From Paramoeba atlantica (Eukaryota; Protista; Discosea): a DNA stretch of 64,000 bases. A program made the translations under genes and the position numbers. Positions 11,030 to 21,026 of the stretch are shown one piece after another. The notes beneath the pieces were generated by a model. The model saw only the letters and a list, made by a program, of their open reading frames with translations, was not told the DNA's origin and did no database searches. The first letter of the stretch is position 1. Each line of letters opens with the position of its first letter. The DNA is taken from assembly GCA_977017575.1 (NCBI GenBank), contig CDRNVI010000021.1:372001-436000 (forward strand). Reading direction: 5' to 3'.

Positions 11030-12310
11030 ATGAGCGTGTCGGAGGCTGTACAAATGGAAATTGAGGAGACCATTACCTGTCTAATGGTCCCTCAAGCCTT
11101 CTCACGACCCTCCGGACCCTTTGAACCCACCTCCACCCCCGACCTTGGGTCAAACCACCACCCCTACGTCGCCGCCGGCACCGCCGAAGGCCACGTCTAC
11201 ATTGTCCGCAACCCCTCTCTCCACGACCCCTCCGCCCCATACGACGACACCACCCCCCGTACCCACGCCGCGCTCTCCCCCGAGCTCTCCTCCCCCACTC
11301 CCATCCCCGAACTCCTTGAATGTCACACCCTCCCCGGTTCCCCCGCCATCACCGCTGGATCCCTCATCCACACCCGTCCCGGTGCCACCCTCGTCGGTGA
11401 CAGCACCGGACACGTCCACCTCCTCCACCCCCTCCACACCCATGGCACCCCTTTACAAACCGTACGTATCATCCCCGACCACCACAATAACCACAACAAC
11501 AACAACCGTAACCCCATCGGTTCCTCTTCGTCTTCTCGTGCCTTCATCTCCCACATCACCACCTCCCTTCGCCACGGCCACCTCACCGCGGTCACCGACA
11601 GCACCGGCGTCACCCGGCTCTACGACACCCACACCATGACGCACCGCTCCACGCTCCCCGGGACCCACCCCGCGGGGGTGCTCGGCCTCGGGGACTACAC
11701 CGTGCTCGCCCCCACCCCCTCCCCCTGCCTGCGGCTCTGGGACCTGCGGTTTGACAAAACCCACGTGCTGAGTTTCTGCACGGAGGACGTGGTGAGTGTG
11801 GTGGGGGAGCCGGTGGGGGGGGCAGCGGGGGCCGGTGGGGGAGGGGGGGACCCCGGGGGCGGGGCGCTCCCCTTTGTGGCGTGTGGCACCGTGGGGGGGC
11901 GGTGCTTCTCGTTAAGGGTGGGGGAGGGGGGGAGAGGGGGACGGGGAGAGGGGAGGGAGGGGGTACAAGCCTGGAATCGGTGTTTTGTGCCGTGTGATCG
12001 GGCACAGAGGGCAGATTTAACGAGTGTGGGGGTAACGGAGTGGGGTGCGGTGGTGACGGGGGATAGTGCGGGACAGTTGAGTGTGGTGGATGCGGCGACC
12101 GGGCGGTTTCTGTTGTTGGATCATCTAACGACGGGAAATGGCGCGTTCGAGGAGATTGATCCTAAGGCGTGTGCGGTTGTCGGGGGTCAAGGGATTGGGA
12201 ATACCCACACCTATGTGTATGCCTATGTTCTGCGCAATGGTATGTCGTGGGTACGTTGGGCGAGGGGGAAAACGGAGTCGCGGCCGCCTTCCACAGCGTG
12301 GTATCCGTGA
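11030..12310 (+). CDS. Divergent WD40/beta-propeller-like protein
   Basis: Repeated WD-type strands: VAAGTAEGHVYIV, LVGDSTGHVHLL, AVTDSTGVTRLYD, CLRLWDLR, VACGTVGGRCF, VVTGDSAGQLSVVD. Confidence 0.55.
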   Translation: MSVSEAVQMEIEETITCLMVPQAFSRPSGPFEPTSTPDLGSNHHPYVAAGTAEGHVYIVRNPSLHDPSAPYDDTTPRTHAALSPELSSPTPIPELLECHTLPGSPAITAGSLIHTRPGATLVGDSTGHVHLLHPLHTHGTPLQTVRIIPDHHNNHNNNNRNPIGSSSSSRAFISHITTSLRHGHLTAVTDSTGVTRLYDTHTMTHRSTLPGTHPAGVLGLGDYTVLAPTPSPCLRLWDLRFDKTHVLSFCTEDVVSVVGEPVGGAAGAGGGGGDPGGGALPFVACGTVGGRCFSLRVGEGGRGGRGEGREGVQAWNRCFVPCDRAQRADLTSVGVTEWGAVVTGDSAGQLSVVDAATGRFLLLDHLTTGNGAFEEIDPKACAVVGGQGIGNTHTYVYAYVLRNGMSWVRWARGKTESRPPSTAWYP

Positions 12311-12550
12311 ATTTGTTTCTTGTGTAGGTTGTGTAACGGGTTTGTCGTTCGTGTACGTACGGTCACTTGCATTTAGGATCTACTAGTATCGTTTATGTAT
12401 ATTACATAGGATGGATCTTTTTTGGCCGTCGGAGGATAAATCGAAAGGTCTTCTTTTTTAACTCTTTGATTTCATTGTAAAAATTTGAAGAACGTCATAT
12501 TTTTTTATTAGAATTCCAATATATTTTGTATATTCGTAAGCTCTTTAAAG

Positions 12551-12811
12551 ATGGTTTTTCTTGACACCGATCTCGCGTACCCTTCGGAGCGGTCAGAAGC
12601 GCAAAAGCACAAGCGCAAAAGACTCGTACAGGGACCCAATAGCTTTTTCTGGGATGTAAAGTGTAAGGGATGCTACCAAGTGCAGACGGTATACAGCCAT
12701 GCGAAAACAGCAGTGATTTGCGCTGGTTGCAATACCACCCTCGCTCAACCAACCGGTGGCAAAGCACGGCTTACGGAAGGGACAAAGTATCGCAGAAAGC
12801 CGGATCGCTAA
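12551..12811 (+). CDS. RPS27: 40S ribosomal protein S27 (eS27)
   Basis: [23 protein letters not shown]...VICAGC...[12 protein letters not shown]. Confidence 0.97.
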   Translation: MVFLDTDLAYPSERSEAQKHKRKRLVQGPNSFFWDVKCKGCYQVQTVYSHAKTAVICAGCNTTLAQPTGGKARLTEGTKYRRKPDR

Positions 12812-13067
12812 TTCTGTAAGACGAGGCAACAGGTAAAGATGTCCCATGTTGGTTAAGATAAGTATAAGAAGGTAAGTTCGAATACGCTGTTTGGAAAGTT
12901 AGATTCGTATTGAAGTAGCAATTTCTTTAGCATTGTTATTACATCCGAAGATACAACAACAGATTCACTTCATTCCAACAATTGCGATAGTTTTCAACAA
13001 TAATTTACTACCAAATTTGTGTTCTTTACAACGTAACCAATATTTATTTCTGGATCCGATTCACTTT

Positions 13068-14321
13068 ATGACAATTCATCTGGTGCAGCTCAAAGCTCAT
13101 GTACAACACTACTTGTGGGGTCAACATACCAAAGACAGCATTATCAAGGACTTTCTCAAGGTTAATGGAGACGTAGACATTAGAGAAGACGATACCTTAG
13201 CCGAAATCTGGGCAGGTGATCATCCAACTCTTCCCTCTCAAATATTATCAACAGATTTAGAGAATACCGAATTCTTGTCTACGTGGTTGAAGAGAAATGG
13301 TTATAACCATTCTTTACCGTTCCTATTTAAGATATTAACTATTCGTAGGGCATTATCTATCCAGGCACATCCAGATAAAATTCTCGCCGCAACACTGCAC
13401 CAACGAGACTCGATACACTACCCTGACTGTTATCACAAGCCTGAAATTGCAGTAGCGATTTCCCCAATGGAAGCGTTATGCGGCTTTCGGCCCATTTCCG
13501 AAATTGCTCACTTCTGCAATACAATTCAAGAATTTTCTTTGGTTTGGACGGATTTCCATTCTTCGGAATCAGAGATAGATAGCATTCGACATGGTGTACA
13601 AAGAATGTATGATTTGTCGTCCGCGTTTATTGAGGAACAAACTTATAGCCTTACTCAAAGATATGACAAGAAATCTAACAGTCTTATTCCCGAAGTTAAC
13701 CTTTTTTTGAGGCTGCAAGAACAGTTTCCCAATGATGTTGGTTGTTGGTTTGTTTTCATATTGAGATATGTGCGACTACAACCTTTTGAGGGTCTCTTTC
13801 TAAGGCCGAATGAACCTCATGCCTATATATCCGGAGATTGCCTTGAAGTTATGCGTAGTTCAGACAATGTTGTTCGCGGCGGTCTTACGCCAAAGTTTAA
13901 AGATATTGAAACGTTTCTGAGTATGATAACATATGATTCTCAAAACGGACTAAATATGAGGCTTACGCCCCAATTCTCAAATTCCGTTTACGAATACTTT
14001 CCAACACCAGCAAAAGACTTTCCGGAATTTCGTATGGTCGTATTTCATCTCGATGCGAAAAGAAGGAGTGCTTCATACAGCATAGATCCTTCGGGAGACC
14101 AGGATTCTAAGACGCACAATGGCTGTCCTATTTTAATTTATGTCATTAGAGGTACAGTTGAAATGAAATACAGCACAGATACGACTGGAATAGCACGCTA
14201 TTTGAGTTCTTCCACTGTTTGGTGCCTGTACACTACAGTACTTCCTCTGCGCATTTCACTCCATCTTACTCAAGAGAGCGATGGGACTCTTGCGATGGCT
14301 TTGCCAAATGCCATTATTTAA
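13068..14321 (+). CDS. MPI: Mannose-6-phosphate isomerase (type I PMI)
   Basis: QHYLWG, AEIWAGDHP, LPFLFKIL, ALSIQAHPDK, YPDCYHKPE, EPHAYISGDCLEVMRSSDNVVRGGLTPKFKD; first ATG at 13068. Confidence 0.94.
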   Translation: MTIHLVQLKAHVQHYLWGQHTKDSIIKDFLKVNGDVDIREDDTLAEIWAGDHPTLPSQILSTDLENTEFLSTWLKRNGYNHSLPFLFKILTIRRALSIQAHPDKILAATLHQRDSIHYPDCYHKPEIAVAISPMEALCGFRPISEIAHFCNTIQEFSLVWTDFHSSESEIDSIRHGVQRMYDLSSAFIEEQTYSLTQRYDKKSNSLIPEVNLFLRLQEQFPNDVGCWFVFILRYVRLQPFEGLFLRPNEPHAYISGDCLEVMRSSDNVVRGGLTPKFKDIETFLSMITYDSQNGLNMRLTPQFSNSVYEYFPTPAKDFPEFRMVVFHLDAKRRSASYSIDPSGDQDSKTHNGCPILIYVIRGTVEMKYSTDTTGIARYLSSSTVWCLYTTVLPLRISLHLTQESDGTLAMALPNAII

Positions 14322-14476
14322 TGTCTTTAAAAAAACGTATTATCTAACGTATAACTGAAACAAACATTTTTTGCTTATGGAAGCATTGTGAAATATGTAT
14401 CTTTCCAAGCTAATATCAGGTTGATGTGTATTGCAATCTTTTTACTACTTGTTACTCGCATCATCCTCTCTCTTAA

Positions 14477-16003
14477 ATGGGTGGAGTTCTTCCAAAGCCT
14501 GTCACCACCAAAGTTTTGGAACGTCGCGGAAATGAGCTCTTCTCCGTCGGCCTTTGCAGCATGAACGGCTACCGAGAACACATGGAAGACGCCCACACGT
14601 GTCACTTTCAGCCCGCGGTACCGGAGTCCAACAAACCTCCATGGGGAATGTTTGCCATCTTTGACGGGCATGTTACGGACAAATGCAGCGCGTACGTCGC
14701 CCAAGCCCTTCCCAACGCCATACGCTCCTGGTATGACGCCTCAAACGCAACTGTCACAAGCGCCACGGGATTACCTCCGGACGCAGAAGTGCAACGCCTT
14801 GCCCTAGACGTGGACCGAATGTGGATTGAGCAGGGTCAGGAGGGAGGCTCCACAGGGGTATGGATCCTATCCAGCTTTGTGAATGATCGCTACCATTTGC
14901 AGATTGGCAACCTTGGGGATAGCCGTGTGATTGTTGGGCGTCAGAACCAAACTTTTGAGTGGCTCACACGAGACCACAAACCAGAGCTCCCGGAGGAACG
15001 TGCACGGATCCTGAAATGTGGCGGCCATGTGGAGAACAACCGGGTGGACGGTGGGCTGGCAATCTCGCGCGCCTTTGGAGATGCCTCATACAAGCAGCAC
15101 GCCCCCACAACCGACCAGCAACATCAGAAAGTGATTGCAGTATGTGACGTCACCCACGCAACGATTGAAAAGGATTCAGAAGATTTTGTCCTCATCTTTT
15201 GTGACGGAGTTTATGAGGGAGATTTTACCAATGAACAGATTGCGCAGTTTACTGCGAAGCAGTTGGAACACACAAGTGATCTAGCGGCAGTGTGTGCGTC
15301 TGTATGTGACGAGGCCCTTCATCGTGGGTCTAGGGATAACATATCCTGTATGCTAATAAAGTGTCATAGCGGGATCCCGTTGGTTACGGGGCATCAACTA
15401 GACGAGCTCTTACCCGGAACGTTTAGCAACCCGGACTCTAAGGCGTTTGTGAGTGCGTACTGTGACATGTTGGAGTACGGCAAGTCTACCCTGTCACTTC
15501 CTCAGGCCTTGCACTACCGCTATCATCACACGCAGAAACAACTTCCCGAGCTGCAAAGGAAGTTTGAATCTCACCCAGAGACGGATCTCACGTGGCATGA
15601 GATCTGTGCTATCCTTCAACCTGCGGCCTCCCAACGGCAAGCCCTGCTGGAAGCCCCACGAGAGGATCTTCACCAGCAGATCCGGGAAAAACGTCAGGCT
15701 GAATTGATTACCCATATTGAGGTTCTGCAGGAGATGAAGGAAGAGTTGGAACGCTTTGGGTCCGGACCTGGGGAGGCACTTGATCTAATGCAGCAAATGG
15801 AGTGGTTTGAAGATTGGGCTGCAAAACATGTCACGTGTGGTCCCGCGGATTCTCACGGGGGCCTCACGGACAGCACGCTGCAACAGATGCTCGCGGCGCA
15901 GCAGCAATTAGGGGTACCGCTGCACTCCTTACTTGATATGATCACGTCACAGGAGAATAACCCCCCCGAGCCTACAGAAGACTGCGAGGACGGTACTGAG
16001 TAG
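14477..16003 (+). CDS. Protein phosphatase 2C with C-terminal extension
   Basis: MG (possible myristoylation) start, MNGYREHMEDAH, FDGH, GNLGDSR, DHKP, LAISRAFGD, CDGV, GSRDNIS. Confidence 0.92.
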   Translation: MGGVLPKPVTTKVLERRGNELFSVGLCSMNGYREHMEDAHTCHFQPAVPESNKPPWGMFAIFDGHVTDKCSAYVAQALPNAIRSWYDASNATVTSATGLPPDAEVQRLALDVDRMWIEQGQEGGSTGVWILSSFVNDRYHLQIGNLGDSRVIVGRQNQTFEWLTRDHKPELPEERARILKCGGHVENNRVDGGLAISRAFGDASYKQHAPTTDQQHQKVIAVCDVTHATIEKDSEDFVLIFCDGVYEGDFTNEQIAQFTAKQLEHTSDLAAVCASVCDEALHRGSRDNISCMLIKCHSGIPLVTGHQLDELLPGTFSNPDSKAFVSAYCDMLEYGKSTLSLPQALHYRYHHTQKQLPELQRKFESHPETDLTWHEICAILQPAASQRQALLEAPREDLHQQIREKRQAELITHIEVLQEMKEELERFGSGPGEALDLMQQMEWFEDWAAKHVTCGPADSHGGLTDSTLQQMLAAQQQLGVPLHSLLDMITSQENNPPEPTEDCEDGTE

Positions 16004-16366
16004 TTAGGGTTGTATAAAAATGTGGTATAAAGTTTGAAATTTGCTTTTCTTCTTGGTCTCGCGTAAACTTTCTATTTCCAGTTCCAGACATATCATTAAT
16101 ATAGCTTTGGGCTTACCTTAAATTTGATATTTAGCAAACAGTTTTTAGTCTTTAGCCCTAAACAAAGAATACAATTATTTTCTTCACTATAATCGACACA
16201 CCAGAAACGTTTTGTTTCAATAATTTTAATTTTAATACAGAGATTACGTCGCTTTCAAATTCGTAATATCGAATTGATCTTTTTATAAAAAGAAGGTCGA
16301 TATATGCTTTACTTTTTCTTCTATTGCGCTTTTCTGAAATCTTTTCATAGCTCTCACAGCTCACAC

Positions 16367-16750
16367 ATGTCAGACGGTGTCAGCGATAAAGCATTTCCTT
16401 TGGCTCAGGACACTTTGGCGAGAGCCATATATGATTTGGTACAACAGTCTTCCAACTATAAGCTTTTAAAAAAGGGAGCAAATGAGGCCACAAAAGCTCT
16501 GAATCGCGGAACTGCAGAGTTGATAGTCATGGCAGGTGATACGAATCCTGTTGAGATTGTGTTACACCTCCCACTTTTGTGCGAAGACAAAAATGTGCCA
16601 TACGTGTTTGTTCCTTCGAAGACGGCGCTTGGTCGTGCGGCGCAGGTGTCACGGAATGTTGTTGCCTTGGCAATTACAAGTGCAGATGGATCACCGCTCC
16701 GTTCTCAAATCGACTCCATAAAGCTTGAAGTCGAAAAACTTTTGGTGTAA
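16367..16750 (+). CDS. SNU13: SNU13/NHP2L1 (15.5K) L7Ae-family protein
   Basis: [46 protein letters not shown]; ATG at 16367. Confidence 0.95.
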   Translation: MSDGVSDKAFPLAQDTLARAIYDLVQQSSNYKLLKKGANEATKALNRGTAELIVMAGDTNPVEIVLHLPLLCEDKNVPYVFVPSKTALGRAAQVSRNVVALAITSADGSPLRSQIDSIKLEVEKLLV

Positions 16751-17141
16751 AATAGAACCGTTCAAGTAATTTCAAGCTATTTTTGTGTTGGATATTAGTG
16801 AATTTTTGTTGGCTATGCAAACATGTTCGTAGCGTAATCATCGCAGACGTAGGATTTTCTTTTGTTTTTATTCGAAGACTTGTACTGTAAAAATGGAAAA
16901 TTACTCGAAATAGGCCGCTAGCAAAAGAACGCATTTATTTTAGGAAGAATGAGTATACATACATATACATATGTAGTTTCCTTTGTTTAGATCTCAAGCA
17001 TCTACAGTACAGATAAACTATTATCCCCTCTATTTTTGTACGCTTACACAACTACTAAAAAAGGAGATAGAAAGCAAAATATTCTTTTTAGTAAAAATAA
17101 TTTACTTTTCCATTTTTTATAGTCTGTCAATATTTATAAAG

Positions 17142-17702
17142 ATGATAAATGTCGAACATTCAATTTCCCCTGGACGTCGGCACGCTAGACTGGTGTCTCA
17201 AGCTTTAGCAGAGCTGGACGAAATCAAAGAAATCATTTTTGATCGGCGTAGCGAACAGTGTCCCACTCAAACTCTTGGGAATTTTCATGTCACCGAATCG
17301 CAACTTTTTACTGATGTTCCTGCAAAATATATTATTGACCACATCGAGAATTCTGTCCCCACAACAAGAGAATCACTTGATATTCGTTCATCTAAAGTAA
17401 AAACAACGCTCAAGAAAAAAATGTCATTTGGGACAAACAGCTTCTCGGAAGAAACGGAGCAAACGTATCGTACGGAAAGCACTCAATTGCAAGACTTCGA
17501 AACACAGACTCACTCAGTGCATCCGGATGCAGAGGCCTTAGAATTATCTGATGTGAACAACAAGTTTGTTGAAGAAGACCAAGTAAAATACAAAAAGGAA
17601 TTAGAAAATGTCACGTCTAAACCTGTATCTGAGGACGATACTCAAAATGATCACTTTTTACTTCATAAGACCAGTGATCGATCTGAAATAGTTCAGCCAT
17701 AG
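17142..17702 (+). CDS. Hypothetical acidic protein
   Basis: Open frame on cluster strand with ATG at 17142 after a T-rich tract; no recognisable motif. Confidence 0.45.
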   Translation: MINVEHSISPGRRHARLVSQALAELDEIKEIIFDRRSEQCPTQTLGNFHVTESQLFTDVPAKYIIDHIENSVPTTRESLDIRSSKVKTTLKKKMSFGTNSFSEETEQTYRTESTQLQDFETQTHSVHPDAEALELSDVNNKFVEEDQVKYKKELENVTSKPVSEDDTQNDHFLLHKTSDRSEIVQP

Positions 17703-18193
17703 AAGTCGGAATATCGATGAATATGATAGTTTTCTGATTTTGGAGAGTGACAGCTGATTCAATACTTGCGAATGATTGTCATGTGTGCCCATTTGAATGA
17801 TTCGTAAGATAAGATTCCAAGTAAATGATAATGGATACAATAATTTTTACTGCATAAATTATTCAATTCGTATTGCAATTAAGCCGAGTAATTTTCGTTT
17901 GTACACTGCGTCATCTTTATGTATCTGTATCCTCTATTTGTACGAAGGCCGTCATCTGAAAAGCTGCTTGTTCTGAAATAGAACACGTTTTTACTTATTA
18001 CATTTTGCTTATCAGCAGTAAACAGTAAAAGTGGGACTCAACATCAGGGTTGTACAAGTGCTCTTTTCTCTACTTCGCTATTAAAAAGACTGTTTCGAAA
18101 GTTATAAATTATGTAATTCTTTAGTAGTTAAAAATTTAGTAGTTTAAAATTAGTAGTTTAAAAATTGTTATATTGAATTTATTTGAGTTTTAA

Positions 18194-19918
18194 ATGGAGA
18201 TTTTGCTACAAGAACACCACATATGCCCAGATTATAAATACTTCTGGAACTCGAGTCGGCTTCCCAACTTAGGGGCCCTACCCAATTTGCTTGACGATTT
18301 CACTGGAATTCATCGATTTCTCAGACCGCATAGCTCAGATGTTTCTGTATGTACTGCATACTGTCCTGCAGCACGAGAAACAAAAGTTTTAGCAGCACTA
18401 AAAACGTCCGCAAATGCGTGCCACGTATGCAATCTTTTCGATAAAGTTTCATTTTGCACGCATTATCTGGACGATTCTCAACAACTAATAATAAAAATAT
18501 CATATAATGGTTCACAGCAGAGAACTTTCAATGTTCACCATTCCGAATCTACGCTTCTCAGTTTTCTTGCAGACCTTCAATTACTTCTCCCCCACCTTTG
18601 TGTTCCACATTATGAGGAAAATCTTTTTTCCAAGCCTGCAAGCTATATTGACTGGCTGCTTCAACACATTGTTACACTCCTAGGACACGATGGACGAACG
18701 CTCCTTCTTTTATTCCTAAATTCTACAGACTATGACAAAGAAGTAGTCCCATTACGAGAGCATGTCCGGTGTTCTGCCGTTCGGCGAGAGAACAGATCTA
18801 TGTACAACGTCATGAAAAACACTACCCGGATGGCTGCTTCAACTTTGCTATCAGGCTGGCGTTTAGAACAGGGCACTAGAAAGGGGGAAAATTCAACTAT
18901 CACGTATGTGAATTTGTACGCTTCGAATTTGGAGGCCTTACACAATGCACTTTTTCGTTTTAGAAGGCTGTTAAATTCTTGTAACAAAGCTTGTTTGTCT
19001 TTATTTGGGTCTAATAATTCTGATACTTCGAACGGTATAAAGACTCAGGTCACGTATGCAGAGGATCAGTTGCATCTAGCAATGGAATCCCTAATCGAAA
19101 TCCTACGTATTCACGGTTTTACGAAAATAGGCCTCCTGGAGCCAAACATTAAAGATCTACATGAAGAAAAGAATTTAGAATTGCATAGTTGTCTATCACA
19201 TAGTGCTGGACCCCCCAAAAACATGGCGACATCACAGAATCAAGAAACGTTCAAGTCCACTGATTCCCTAACCAAAGACGAAAATGTGGAAAACGGCTTA
19301 CTGGAAAAGGTTTTTCCAGAACTGTCGTGCTTCTTGGATCGTTTCAATAATAGAGGCGTGGAACTGTTTCTTAGCTGTTCTAATGAAGTGTGGGATATGG
19401 TCTGTTCTATCGTAGACTCTTTAATAGATTTTCTTCGAAGAGCTGCTGAGTGCGCTTACAATTTCGAGCTAGGAAAAACTTCTAGAGCTCAATCACTGAA
19501 TAATGAAGAAATCGACGAACAAAAGCAATCGAAATATTTTGTTGTGCGTGATCTCTTTGACGAATTCAATACAGGTCTTTCGAGTCACTTTTTGAGACCA
19601 TGCTTGTTTACTTTATATGTGTTTTTTCGGCATTTTGTGAAACGTTTCGCGCAGTGGAAAATAAGCCAAACTAACCAGAATAAAAATGTTTCTTTAGACC
19701 TCTTCAATGTTGAGTCTGAACTGGCGCATGAAGACTCGTTGGCTAATCTAAGTCAAGATTTTTTTGTATGTTCGCAATCACCAGAAGAATCTTTACCAGA
19801 CGCTGATAGCCAAGAAGTAAAGCATGTGGGCATGACTGGAGAAGGTAAAGTCAGTAGTCCTATTGGGAAAACACTGGAAGAAATGTTTGCGTCCGACTGG
19901 ACTCGTGAGTGTACGTAG
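18194..19918 (+). CDS. Hypothetical protein, 574 aa
   Basis: Long uninterrupted ORF on cluster strand; no motif recognised. Confidence 0.65.
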   Translation: MEILLQEHHICPDYKYFWNSSRLPNLGALPNLLDDFTGIHRFLRPHSSDVSVCTAYCPAARETKVLAALKTSANACHVCNLFDKVSFCTHYLDDSQQLIIKISYNGSQQRTFNVHHSESTLLSFLADLQLLLPHLCVPHYEENLFSKPASYIDWLLQHIVTLLGHDGRTLLLLFLNSTDYDKEVVPLREHVRCSAVRRENRSMYNVMKNTTRMAASTLLSGWRLEQGTRKGENSTITYVNLYASNLEALHNALFRFRRLLNSCNKACLSLFGSNNSDTSNGIKTQVTYAEDQLHLAMESLIEILRIHGFTKIGLLEPNIKDLHEEKNLELHSCLSHSAGPPKNMATSQNQETFKSTDSLTKDENVENGLLEKVFPELSCFLDRFNNRGVELFLSCSNEVWDMVCSIVDSLIDFLRRAAECAYNFELGKTSRAQSLNNEEIDEQKQSKYFVVRDLFDEFNTGLSSHFLRPCLFTLYVFFRHFVKRFAQWKISQTNQNKNVSLDLFNVESELAHEDSLANLSQDFFVCSQSPEESLPDADSQEVKHVGMTGEGKVSSPIGKTLEEMFASDWTRECT

Positions 19919-20340
19919 AGTGTATCCGATGCTCTTTTTTAAACGCGTGTAGGATTTACTATGAACAGAGCATTCAGAAATCGCCACGGCGAACATGCAT
20001 TGTTTTTCTGTCATGTCGTGTTGTAGCAAAATCAATAATTATCGCCCTTAACACTCCTAACACTAACGTTTCATTAGATTTCATTATCTAACATTTCATT
20101 AGATCAAAGCTGTAACTCGTTAAAACAAGAGAATCTTCTTCAGAATGCTAACGCCAGGAGAACCCCAAACAATGTGAATTCAACTTTACAAAACGATTAT
20201 TTGACTTTGGACACATGGTTATCAAAAATTACACGAACCTTTTATATGTACAATCAGTCTAAACACTTAAATGATATTTTATGTTGGACGTGTTTTTCTA
20301 ATAATTGGATGAGAAATGTGTTTGATTTGTTTCAAGGTTA

Positions 20341-20805
20341 ATGTCAGTTGCGATAACTAGGTGGCTTGAAAGCATACTTCGATGTAACATTACCGGTTCA
20401 TCTCGAAGTGCCAACTCATCAGAACTGAGTGAGCCTGTCGAGACTCCGCATCTGAGTCTGTCCGAGCGTTGGGAAAATACATTATTTGGTTCAACAAACT
20501 TGAGAGGAGGACGAACTTCATATCCACAACAAGATATATCCGAATACTCTAAGATGGAAAACACAAACCTATATTGGTTCAATAATAAAAATATGCGCTG
20601 GGAGCCTCGCCCGGAAGCGCCGATTCATATTGTTGAGCAGTTTAAAAAGGCATTGCTGGAAACAGAATCGGACTCCGCCCAGAACGCATCAGCTCCACCG
20701 CCTATGCCAACTGCTTTTGGACCTGGTCCCGCTACTCCGAATCCCATACTGTTTGATTCCGATGGTTGCTCCCAGAGATATGCGCCTAACTCATTTTTTT
20801 CGTGA
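20341..20805 (+). CDS. Small protein with Sec16-C-terminus-like motifs
   Basis: ENTNLYWFNNKNMRWE, then APPPMPT, then terminal QRYAPNSFF; resembles the Sec16 C-terminal layout (YYD.K.KRW / PPPP / RY). Confidence 0.4.
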   Translation: MSVAITRWLESILRCNITGSSRSANSSELSEPVETPHLSLSERWENTLFGSTNLRGGRTSYPQQDISEYSKMENTNLYWFNNKNMRWEPRPEAPIHIVEQFKKALLETESDSAQNASAPPPMPTAFGPGPATPNPILFDSDGCSQRYAPNSFFS

Positions 20806-21026
20806 AACAGATTGCCTTTAAGCGAGCGTTAGCATTTTTGTTTTCGAATTTACGTGGCAATTCTGCAAACGAATTGAAGTCTCTGAATAAATACAACCAA
20901 AATCTTTTTTTGGATTTGCTGAAAATATTCTACCTCGCGTCATGCGACTATTATTTACACTTTGCTTTTTTTGAATATTCGTCTAATTCTTTACAATTCA
21001 ACAATAATATATTTCACTAGCTCTTT

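Noticed and set aside
11121-12005. Pro/Thr-rich (extensin- or mucin-like) and Gly-rich ORFs overlapping the WD40-like gene; likewise 37877-38768
   Set aside because: By-products of extreme C/G skew, which removes stop codons; only the long frame has domain-like motifs
18121-18170. Short tandem repeats (TTAGTAGTTTAAAA x3; also 16955 ATAC, 33960 TTTTACAATCTTAT x2, 20072 TTTCATTAGA)
   Set aside because: Ordinary slippage repeats in AT-rich spacers; not telomeric and no regular spacers
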